The notes beneath the pieces are model-generated. The model saw nothing but the letters and a program-made list of their open reading frames with translations. It was not told the origin of the DNA and did no database searches. Below are positions 39,604-50,400 of a stretch of 64,000 bases of DNA, piece by piece. Source of the DNA: Dipteris shenzhenensis (taxonomy: Eukaryota). A program made the position numbers and the translations under genes. The first letter of the stretch is position 1. Each line of letters begins with the position of its first letter. The stretch is taken from assembly GCA_047967505.1 (NCBI GenBank), contig CM106538.1, one strand, 5' to 3'.

Positions 39604-39834
39604 AAAATGTGGGGTGGAACAATTGTGGACTTTGACATTTTCCAATTAATAGTGGTGCAATTAATTTTGATGTTTTGAATGGTTTTGTTTCATGTCAATG
39701 TCAAGTTTTTCCCAAAAATTTTATAATTCTTTTTATTTTTTATATTTAGAACATTTGGGTATATATAGGTTATAAAGTTACTTTATTTCAAAGTTTCACT
39801 ATTATAGCCATGATCTCCTAGCTACCAAACTACC

Positions 39835-41242
39835 ATGGATTTTGTCAGGTCTACCTTCCACGATTTCATCTCCCATACTCCATTAATTGATAGAGAGGAG
39901 GAGTTATTTCCAGTATTTGATAAGAGCATAGATGTCCTAGGCACCTACTTGGGAGCCCGAGATGATTTTGAAGACCTCATCAAGTACATGCAAGACTACA
40001 TCACGAGTTTCGCATATCAGGTTGATGAGTCTACAAAAAGATGGGTCCCAATTGATTATTTGAAGTACTTGTTCAATCAAGAACCCAGGTTCGTGAAGCG
40101 TTTAGATTGCTTTCGAGCCCAGCTCACACCCCTAGGGTCTAGGGAGGTGGACACTGATGACCTCCTAGCATGTGGCATCATCAAAAACACTGGAAATAGG
40201 TTCCTATCCTGGGAAATGACCTTTATTTTCCTTCTCCAGGAGGGACAAATGGAAGAGGAGGCCTCAACCTCAAGCCCTGACCCTGCCCCTACCCTTTCCG
40301 ATCCTCTTATTTCTGAAGCTGCATTGGCCTTGGAAGTGCTCTAGCGACCTCCTGAACCCCATTCTACTTCTCAAATTCCATCCACCTTGGGCACCACCTC
40401 TGTTGACCCCGCAACAATGATATGGTTTCTTGCTCCCCTTCTTGTCGATGGAGAACAATACCTCTTTCTCCATGACATAGAGGTTATGTTTGGTCTTTGG
40501 GAGGATGAAGCTCTTGGTATCCTGTGTGGATACGAGGTGGACACGACTATGCAAGAACCTAGGTTTTTGGGAGAAAATGATTCAATAGAAGAGGTTCTTG
40601 CTTTAACACTGGCCCAAATCAAAGATGCAGAGACATCAAACTACTCTGACCTACCTGATGTTCCAAAAGAAGCCTCCACATCTCACTCCAGACAGTAGGA
40701 GGCCTCTCGATCCATCCTCATTGACAAAGAGGAAGGGATTGAGCATGATGACTCCATAGTGGTAAGAAACTATGAGCTTTGAATTTCTTCCCTCTTGGTA
40801 TACTTTTGCTTTAATGGAATTCTAATGTAATGTTGGACTATTGCAGGAGGCATTTGAGGTCGACCTATTCTCATCTCGGCAACGCCTTGTTCATGGTAGC
40901 TTCAGCCGAGATCACTCACTGGCACATTACGTTGGCCAAGCAGAAGGGCGCTTTGTGGTCATCCACAAAAATTTTTCTCCACATGGCACTGATGACCTCC
41001 TGAAGCGCAAGTCCTTGTCAAGAGTGATTGGTCATGCTGACATCAATCGCAATGCTGACAAGGTCATTTTGGTGAACCACATGGCTACCCTCAATGCCTT
41101 TGGAACCAACTTTCAAGGTATGGCATTGACGGCAGTAGCCATGTCCCTAGCCAGCAATGACAATAGCAATGACTCTCTATCGACTAGGTTTAGAGCTAGG
41201 AGTGAATTTGGAATTCAAAGCCCAATGTTCTTAGTGTTTTAG
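39835..41242 (+). pseudogene. Unknown transposon cargo gene (one intron)
   Basis: ORFs 39835-40344 and 40387-40698 are in the same frame, separated only by TAG stops. A GT..AG intron at ~40762-40846 leads into the 40847-41242 exon. No family recognised. Confidence 0.55.
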
Positions 41243-41758
41243 AGAAGAGAGAAAGGCTCTGAAGCCTTATTGTATAGAAATTTTATTTTATATGAATACA
41301 ACTATACTTTTTATACAGTGCCCCATTTTGTGCTCTTTTACAAAATTTATTTTATACTATCATTGTATTTTGTAACTTTAATTGTTGTTGGCATTAATAT
41401 TTTCATTCACTATTCTGTTCAAAAGCATGCGGTCAGATAAATATTTGTGCTATAATGGTCATTTCTGAGCAATCCAGTAAGAATCTGATCGCGTGCGGCA
41501 GAAGCAAAATGTGTTTGATGCCATTTTTGGGCTCCCCGCGCGATGCCAAACACGTTTGCCTTTTGCCGCACGGTGAAAAAACATCATTTGACCACTCAAA
41601 TTCACACTAAACTTGCATAAACTAATGGAAAGCATCACATAACAAGTATAATAACATGGGAACAGTAATAAAACATAAAAATAGCTTTTATTCATTGGCA
41701 TCAAAGGGCAAAGATTTACAAAATGATTCAGGTTACACCAAATGAAGCTAAACAACAT

Positions 41759-42877
41759 CTAGGGCCTAAGGGAGGGATCGGAGTGGATGCACTTGGTGAC
41801 TGCAAGGTCCTTGTCCATCACTGTTACTCTTTTGGCATGGATAGCACATAAGTTTGCATCTTCAAAAAGACCTACTGTCATTTGCTCCGTTGCCTCCTGA
41901 ATTGCTCCCATAGTGCCTGAAGTGAAACACACATCACTCTTGTAATGTTGTGCTATTTCACATACAACACGTTGGAAGGGTGCACGGGGAATGAGATTGT
42001 CCACAGTGGTTTGGAACTTGCGGATCTCCTGAAGTGCCTTCACTCCTGATTTTTTGTGCCTCTTAATCTTTGGGGGACCCTACACTCGCCTTTGGACATG
42101 GCTCCATGGCCGCTTGTCCACTTTTAACTTCTTTCGCCTCTCCTCCCTTGCAACCACCTCTTCAGCCTCCTCTTCCTATGTCTGCTGGGTCATTCGAGGT
42201 GGCCTCTCGTGCCTAGGGGTCTGCTTTGTCCTTGGTCTCTTTTCCTTTTCACGAGGCTGTGAGACAGCAAGCTGAGGCTCTTGCTCAGCTCATACTAGAG
42301 GCTCCTCATATCTAATCATCTCAAGTCACAAAGGGTTGATGGTGCTCTTCTGTGCGGTCTGCTTGTTGGTTGGAGGATTGGGGCCAAGGTTCATTATATC
42401 TCCGAGCCTGCTAAATACTTCCTCTTGTTGTGTCCCCTGTAATCTCTCCATCTCCTCTCTTTGCCTTTCTTGCTCCCCTTGTTGGTCTAGATGCTCCACG
42501 CTAGGACCCCACGGAGGAGGGAGGGGCAGTTGATCAGGATTGACTGGACTATTTTTCCCCTCTCGGGAGACCTCTCTACTTCCACGATTAGTTGTGTGGA
42601 AGGACTAAGAGGACCCCTCATCATGCTTGGATCCTTCATTGTGCTAGGATTCCTCATGGTGTTGAGATACCTAGGATCCCCCATGAGAGTCGAATGGTGG
42701 GGACTTATGTTGCTTGCGCTCTTGATGATGAGAACCGCCTTGAGATCCTTGGTGATCATAGCCCTCTTGGCCACTGGGGCTTGTACTGTGTTCAGAGGCC
42801 ATGGCATTATGAAGAGGACAACGGGTAGCATCTAAATAGTGTCTAGTGGGTCTAGTATTTTGTTTAACTCGTGCCAT
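41759..42877 (-). pseudogene. Divergent histone H3-like gene with a ~280-aa N-terminal extension
   Basis: A single frame runs from ATG 42877 (MARVKQNTR) to the stop at 41759, with 7 premature TAG/TGA codons and no frameshift. It ends in the histone fold [79 protein letters not shown]. Confidence 0.9.
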
Positions 42878-42889
42878 AGAAATGAGGGA

Positions 42890-42942
42890 TTTTAGGGTTT
42901 TGAAGTGCTTTATATAGTCTTTTTTAAAGCACTTTAGGGTTT
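42890..42942 (-). promoter_or_regulatory. Putative core promoter of the H3-like gene (TATA box and telo-boxes)
   Basis: On the minus strand, CTATATAAAG at ~42908-42917 and two AAACCCTA telo-box motifs (~42893-42900 and ~42935-42942) lie just upstream of the ATG. Confidence 0.45.
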
Positions 42943-43324
42943 TTCTTTTAAATTAGGGTCTTTTGAGTGCACCTCCTCCCCCCCTAGCCTTTTGTCCCCA
43001 GTTCGGTAATACTTAATCTTCACCATCCTCCCTCTCAACCCACTCTGCCCTCTTCCCTGCCATGTCACACATGCAATTCTGCAATTTCCAAACAAATTTG
43101 TGAATTTTGGAATCTATAATTGACTCAAAATAGTGTTAACTTTATTCATCAAACATTTTACATTTGGGGCTCTCTTAGGACCCAACGCCTCCCCTGTCTG
43201 ACTCTACATTGCAACCAAGTGCAACCCCTTGGCTCCCTATTGAGGACTTCCAAGCAGCACATCTCCTTGTCTTCTTGACATGTTGAACCACTTTTGCGAG
43301 ACTTGAGACCTCTACCTTATTGCG

Positions 43325-46300
43325 CTTGAGAGATGATCGACGACTCGCCACTCTGGGAGCCATTGAGGATTTGCCCATCACTGTCAATGGGTTGACCACC
43401 ACTGTCAATTTCTATGTAGTGGACATTGAAGATACACGCAGGAGTTACCTAGCCATACTCGGGAAACCATGGCTGAGAAAGAGTGATGCAGTCAACTATT
43501 GGAAGACAGGACACATGTCTTTTGGTGCTTCTAAGGACAAGATCCCGGTGCAACCTAGTGCCATGGAACTAGAAGAAGAAGAGGAGGAAGACAGTGATAC
43601 TCTCTCATCCTTGGTGTCTGAATCAATGGAAGAATTAGACGGGGGGGAGGAATTCTCAGAGGAGGAAGTTTACATGATGGACATGTCTCCGACCCCACCA
43701 CCTACAGAAAAGGTAACAGCTAGTCCTCAACAGCTTGAATCTATGCTTTCCCCATACCTCACTCCAAGTGAGAAAGACAAGTTCCTAGAAATGTTCAAAG
43801 ATTTCCCTGACCTCTTTGCAACTAGCTACCACCACCTTCGCCATGTGACTGCCATAGAGCACAAGATAGAGCTGAAGCCTGATGCGAAGCCTGTGGCTCA
43901 AAAGTATCAGAGATTAGGGCCCCTATAGACCGATGCTTTGCACTCGGAGTTACAAAAGCTTGTAGAGGCTGGGTTTATTATTCCGGTTCACAATACTGAA
44001 TGGGCTTTCACCAGTGGTAGTCACCCCAAAGAAAAACAACAAGTGGTGTGTCTGCATCGACTATAAGAAACTCAATGCAGCCACTAAGAGGGATCATCAT
44101 CCTCTGCCCTTTCAAGACCTCATTCTTGAGAAGGTAAGTAGTCATGAGATGTATACTTTCTGTGATGGTTACTCTAGGTTTTATCAAATCAGAATTGCCG
44201 AAGAAGATGTGCTTAAAACCACATTTGCCACACCCTGGGGGACATTTGCATTCAAACAATGCCATTTGGCCTCACCAATGCTCCTACTACCTTTCAAAAT
44301 TCATGCAGACAGTGTTTGCTCCTTATTTGGGGGATTTCTTGGAGGTGTTTTTAGATGATTTTTGTATATTCTCATCGTGTAAGGAGCATGTCATGAAGGT
44401 TAGATTGGCCTTCCAAAGGGTCAATGATGCAAATGGCAGTCTCAACCATGAGAAATGCACCATTAGAGCCAATCAAGGGAGGTTACTGGGACATATTGTC
44501 TCATCCAAGGGCATCAAGCCTGACCTCGAGAAGGTAGAAGCCATCCTCAAGCTCTCCCCGCCTACAACCAAATGTCAGATACGTTTATTTGTTAATCTAG
44601 CAGGATACTATCGCCGCTTCATTGATCAATATGCTGCTTTGACACGACCCATGACTATGCTATTAAAAGATGGGGTTGATTTCTCTTGGGATGAGGATTG
44701 TGATCATGGGTTTGCACAAATTTCAGAACCCATTCTACGCAATCCAGATTGGTCAAAGACTTTCTATATCAATCCTGGGTTTGGTGAGCACACTCTGGCA
44801 GGTATTCTTCTCCAATAAGGGGAGGATCGGTTCATGTATCCTGTTCGATTTGCTTCTCGACAATTGCTCGACACTGAGCGATGCTATTCAGAGGCTGACA
44901 AGCATGCCTTGTCTTTGGTGTTTTGCATTGAGAAATTTAATCATTATGTGGCTGGAAAGTCCTTCATTATACTCACTAGCACTGGTCTTGCAAAGCAAGT
45001 TCTTCAATCACCAAATCCCATGGGCTAGTTCGCCAAATGGTTGGCAGTTCTACAAGAATATGATTTTTCTTTCAAAATTGTAAAAGGGGGTTGTTCCAAA
45101 TTGAAGAATGCTTTGATTGATTTAGAGGAGTGCCTTGATGTAACCCTTGTAGTAGCCATAAGAGTTGGGGATCCATGGTATGGTGGTATCTACAAGTTTC
45201 TGACTGCTTTCTCCTTTCCTTCAGAAAGTACTACCTATGAGAGAAATAAGATTTGCAGAGATAGTAGGTGCTACACCCTCCTTGATGGGGTGTTGTACCG
45301 TCAAGGCATGGAAGGGGTAATAAGATAGGCCATTGATGTAGATGAAGTGCCTAAGGTATTGAAGCATTATCATGATGGATTTTGTGGAGGCCACTATGCC
45401 AGTGACTATACAGCTAAGAAGATTTTACATGCTGGATACTATTGGCCGACCTTGTTCAAGGATGTCACTTTGTATTGCAAAACCTGTGAACCATGCCAAT
45501 TCTTTAGTAGGAAGGATTTGCGTCTTGGGCAACATCACCCAGTGATGTCCATCCATCCGTTTTAGAAGTGGGGAATAGATTTTGTCGGGCCCTTGCCCAT
45601 GACTGCCTGCAAAAAGAAGTATCTTTTGGTAGCCACTCAGTATGTCACTAAGTGGGCTGAAGCTATCGCCCTCCCCACTGCAAATGGTAAGGTAGTTTCA
45701 AATTTCATATTTGAACGTATCTGCACAAGGTTTGGGACACCCATGGAGATTGTCTCTGACCATACTAGTCCATTCTTAAATGAAGCAGTGGAGTTACTCA
45801 TGGACCGCATGGGTATCAATCATCACACTTCTAGCATCTATTATCCGACATCCATGGGGCAAATAGAGCGGACCAATGGCCTCCTTTGTAAAACCATGGG
45901 AAAAATGGCCACAGGGAACAGGAGCCAAGGGGATTAGGAGGTCACTGAAGCCATGTGGGCTTACAACATCACTCATAAAACATCTATAGGTCACACTCCT
46001 TTTGAGTTGGTATATGGTACTCAGGTCGTTTTACCACTAGAGATAGAGATTCCAGCTTTGAGATTGGCACAAGAACAGAGGATGACAGAAGATGAACATG
46101 TAGAGGCCAGTTTGGTGCAACTTGAGAAGTTAGATGAAACTCGAGGCCTTGCACTACACCAAATAGAGGTCCAAAAGAATCGACAAAAGGCCCGCTTGGA
46201 TGCTAAGATTCACAAGGGATGGGAAAGACACTTTGCTGAGGGGGATGTTGTGCTATGCTTTGATAACAAATTGGACCCGAGGGATTCACAAGAGGAAACT

Positions 46301-47846
46301 TATGATATCACGTGAGAGTACAATAGGGGGGTTTTTTTTTAATGAGGCATAAGCTTATACATTAGGGGTGTGGAGCCTTTTATTTTTTCCCAATATTGAA
46401 TTTAAGTTAGGGGGGCCATGCCATATTTAAGAGGGGGGGACATAGTATAGGCTACCTTGGGTGACTAGTCCAAACAAGTTTGGTTTTGTGTATGGTTTTA
46501 AATCGTCATAGGGAAAGTAATCTAAATTTCCTTATTGTGTGATCTAAATGCTTGAGAAAGAACGCAGATTTAAGGAAAGGGGGGACATAATAGAATTTTG
46601 GTGGTATCTTATAAGCTTAAATAGGGGTGTTTTATCATCCTACATGGATCTTAAATAGGGGGTTTTCTTGAAGTTCATGCACGCAGGTGACGTCCCCTTT
46701 TCATGAAGAGTGAATCCCCCGGGAAATTGGACCACCAAATGGATAAGAAGTTTCTGCCACTGTGGACTAGTCCATACAAAGTCTTCAAGGAACATAGCAA
46801 TGGGTCTATACAAGTTCAGGAGCTGCATGAACCATATGGCAAGAAGGTGATCAACAAATGTTACCTCAAGCCTTTCTTTGTGCGTGATGGACCCAGGCAT
46901 GGAAATGCTATGCATTCCTTGCCTGGGGGGGGAACTGTCATGGATAAAATTGTTTAAGGAAAAAGGCATTAATATGTGTGTGTGTTTGTATATGTGGCAA
47001 TAGTATAATAAAATATGGTGTGCATAGGGCCCAGGGTTGAGGTGGTAGGGCATGACCATGTGCCACCCTTCCATGTAAGAGGACCCATAAGGTGTGTTGT
47101 ACATAATCTGTGATAGTAATATTATAAAATGTAAGGTGGCATGGCTCCTCCATGTGCCACCCCTCCACCTAGGCTGCATTTAGTAAGATATGACTCAAAG
47201 TCCATGGGAGAAGTAATATAAAATAGGTGGAGATGGATATTATATTGAGTTATTCCCTCCATATGGGATAGGCCCATGTGGGGGAGGTATAGAAGGTCCA
47301 AGAGAGCAAGTTAAATAATGGGGAAAGTAGGATGAGGTGGCAAGATTCCTTGTGCCAACCCTCCACTTGTCCTCCTAGAGGTTTGAACATATTATAAAAT
47401 TGGGAAGAGACCAAGGGAGTATCATAGACTTGAGATATGGAGCTTGATTTATGTGGAAAATTGAGGCAAAGGGTGTGGCACACAATTGAGAGTGCGTAAC
47501 CGCCTAGCCCACATGGGAGACTTTTCCACACACCGACACGCTCATTCTTGTAAAGCCACCTAGCTAGTACTTTGATATTTCCCTCTCATCCTTTCTTTCA
47601 AATAAAGTATGGTCCTCTTCCCATGATGTCTCCATCTTTACATTCCTCCTCCTATCATGTACGTGCTTCTCTTCCCCCTCTCCCTTTCCCCTTGTGTCAT
47701 AGTCTCCCTCTTCATTCCCTCCCCTTCTAATTCATTTTCCCCTCCCATGATAACGGTTCGCCCTCACGATCTCCTTTCCCCTATGGCCCTCGAGCATCGC
47801 CATGCTTAGCCTCTAGCCTCTGGTCTTGATTTCTTTTCCGGCTAAT
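43325..47846 (+). mobile_element. Ty3/Gypsy (non-chromovirus, Athila/Tat-like) pol plus 3' LTR, 5' part deleted
   Basis: ILGKPWL protease end; CIDYKKLN, FCDGYS and FLDDF RT; RNase H; H..CGGH..YYWP..CKTCEPC and WGIDFVGP integrase. The PPT (GGGGGGGGAAC) is followed by an LTR starting TGTCATGG at 46936. Confidence 0.92.
46276..46723. mobile_element. MITE with 8-bp TSD inserted in the Gypsy integrase
   Basis: Ends CCCGAGGGATTCAC / GTGAATCCCCCGGG, perfect TSD AAATTGGA (46268-46275 / 46724-46731). Removal restores FDNKLD-HQMDKKFLPLWTSPY. Confidence 0.88.
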
Positions 47847-47847
47847 A

Positions 47848-49730
47848 GTACCCGCTCCAATGGAATTTGTAGAATGGGGTCCCACTTAGGGTCCTTTTTG
47901 TGATGATCAGGGGCTGCACTTTGGTTGCAAGAAAGGATGCCATTTTGCCACTATAGGCTTCCCTTTTGCATCTTCTGAGAGTGGGTGCAATACAAGCATG
48001 TCCATTTTGCATCTGCACCTATATCACAACCATACAAGCACTTGAGGGTCTTTAAATCACCAGTTAGATGCCATTCAACTTGAAACGTTCCATGCCCATC
48101 CACAATTAATGTTTGCCCTACCTCTTGTCTTTGAATAATCGACAGGATGCCGGTTCTCTCCAAAACCCACTTCAATGTCTCGTGGCACTCCAAAGGCTAC
48201 AAGCCACCATATGTCCTCAGATTAGACTGAGAAACCCTACTCAAGTTCCTCATCCCCTTGAGAAAAATGCAAGGCATCATTCATAATACAAATGCTCACC
48301 CTCTCTAGCTTGTGCTCTTTTGCCAACTGAGCTTCATCCATTTTTATAACAAATACTAGCTTGCCATCTGTACAATGAATGAGAAATTCAGTAAGGATAT
48401 AGAAATCAGAAGAAATAAAGTTGAATATGAAGAGGGAATTTCTCTTACCTTCTTCTCTCATCCCATATAATTTGACCATGGCTCTCTGCAAATTCTCTAC
48501 ATCTACATAAACATTATTGAAAGCATTCATCTCAAACATTTGGATGCCAGATTTCGTTTTACTCTTCCAAGTCATTGTGCCACTTACACAATGTTATCTT
48601 CCAAGCTTTTCTCTAGCACATTGGTTTGTTTCTTGATGTGCAAGCCTTATAGACCATGTTGTTGGCAATGGCATTGTAGATATCTTATACTTTTCCTCCA
48701 TAGCAAACTTGAAAATTTTAAAAACAGAGTTGTAAGCTTCATGACTTACACCAGCAGCATCATAAGCTCCAAGCACCTCCTTTGCTTGGACGAGGCCCTT
48801 GAAATGCTTCATTACCTCTCTAGCAACTTGTTTACATAGCCCTTTTTGTCTAGGATCCTTCAACACTTCCATGACATCACTTGGCTTTATTAAACTTCTT
48901 AGAACATATGAAGGATCACTATCATCCATTTCCATTGTTCCTGTCACATCCTCCATGAAATTCCTAAAGTAGAGTACAAATGAGTCTTAGTGGAAATAAT
49001 GCTACACCACAAATATTTTGGGGTAAGAAATTTCATTGAAAATTTAGGGAACTAACCTTGTAGCCCATATTCTCCTCTTTCGAGCACCACTATTGGTTGA
49101 CAATGCATCCATAGATTGCAATTGTCTTTTCCTCTCCTTCAATCCCAAAGGTGTTCCCTTCAACTTTTGTACTCGTTCAATCGACTTCTCTCGTTCCTTC
49201 TCCACAGCACGTTGTACTTGGCCATAGATAGACCTTTCCAAATCTTGTTTGCTTTTCGCAAGCTTCTGGATTGATTCATGTCGCTCCAAGTCCAGTGCAG
49301 GTGCTTTGTCACTGAGTTCTTTGTTTTGCAATTGGACATCCTGCATACTATTATGCATTGCCACAATAGTAATATTTCCCAAATGTGCAAGTTCTTCTAC
49401 TTGGGCTCTCTGCACCTTGCTTGCTTGCATAGCCAATGTCTGAGAATGGTTCAATCGATTGCAATAACCAAGCAATCTAGCATGTCCCTTGCCAACAAAT
49501 CGAACAACATCATGCACTGTATGAAAAGGAGGACTCTTTTGGGTGGCAAGGTCTAAAGGATACAAGTTTCCATCCACCCAAAGGTCAAGATGCTTCTTCC
49601 CTTGCAATCGAAGACTATGGAGCACACTTTGATGAGTTCCACTATATCCCAAAGAACGTGTGCTTGCATATTCTACCCCCAGTTGTAGGTTCACATGGTA
49701 CTTGTTGGATATTTCCTCGAATGGTGCCAT
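47848..49730 (-). pseudogene. DDE-type transposase of the 36672-50400 element (three exons seen; rest interrupted or deleted)
   Basis: A coiled-coil N-terminus, then FVIKMDEAQL (first D), VEWHLTGDLKTLKCLYG..AKWTCLYC (DxK plus CxxC) and WDPILQIPLERV, where it is cut by the Gypsy LTR. GT-AG introns near 49058-48964 and 48448-48368. A possible C-terminus lies at 43175-43325. Confidence 0.72.
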
Positions 49731-49799
49731 GAGTACGTAAAGAGAGGTATCAGTGATGTAGGCTAAAATGTAGGGGAGATCTGGCAAAGATGGAGCAGT

Positions 49800-50195
49800 G
49801 AGAGGGAGAGAGTAGCAAGGAACAGGGAGGAGGAGAAGCAGATGAGGGCAAGAGGAAGAGGAGGAGAAGAGTAGGGCGACAGGTGTAGAAGGGAGGGGAG
49901 AGATGCTACAAGAGGGAGGATGAGGGGAGAGATTTTGCAGGAGGGAGGAGCAGAGGAGAGGGATCCTAGGTGGCTAGAGAAGGAGGGGAGAGGAAGGAGG
50001 AGGAGGAGCCAAAAGGAGGAGGAGGGGAGAGGGAGGAGGGAGGAGGAGGAGCAAGACAGAGGAGGGGAAAGGAGGAGGGAGGGGGAGGGAGGGAGAGGGA
50101 GAGGGAGAGGGAGAGGGAGGAGGAGGAGGGAGGGAGGTAGGGAGGGAGGGAGGGAGAGGGAGGGAGGGAGGGAGAGAGAGAGGGAGGGAGGGAGA
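49800..50195 (+). repeat. GA-rich low-complexity tract upstream of the transposase
   Basis: (GGA/GAG/GGGA)n purine tract. Confidence 0.9.
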
Positions 50196-50400
50196 TTCGA
50201 AATTTGAAATTCAAATTTCAAAAAGTGGCCCCCTCCCCTCATTCATGGTGGGAGAGGTGGGCTCAAATGTGGGCTTAACCCACCTAGGTTGGGCTGGTTA
50301 GGCCTCTTTGGGACCCTGCAAGCCCCTTGCATTAGCCCACTAAGCATTCCCTAATCCATTCCTTATGAGGCCCTTTTGAGACCCCTATTCTCCTCTAATG

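Larger units (their letters stand above)
36672..50400 (-). mobile_element. Large TIR DNA transposon (34-bp CATTAG TIRs, 7-bp TSD) carrying a transposase, an H3-like gene, a BAH-like gene and an unknown gene
   Basis: Left TIR CATTAGGGGAGAATTGGGGTCTCCAAAGGGCCCC (36672-36705) matches the reverse complement of the right TIR, CATTAGAGGAGAATAGGGGTCTCAAAAGGGCCTC (50367-50400), at 30/34 positions. Flanks are CCTAAAT / CCTAAAC. Excising the element restores a repeat unit also seen at ~51737. Confidence 0.88.

Noticed and set aside
41759-42043. Functional host CENH3 or H3 gene
   Set aside because: The upstream frame has 7 stops, the gene lies inside TIRs, and the CENH3 loop-1 extension is absent.
46640-47531. 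ORFs duplicated at 55049-55678 (MQPRWRGGTW...)
   Set aside because: They fall within LTR copies, so the shared translation reflects LTR homology and not demonstrable coding function.
49763-50242. Pro/Ser/Leu-rich and Gly/Arg/Glu-rich ORFs
   Set aside because: Artefacts of the GA-rich low-complexity tract.
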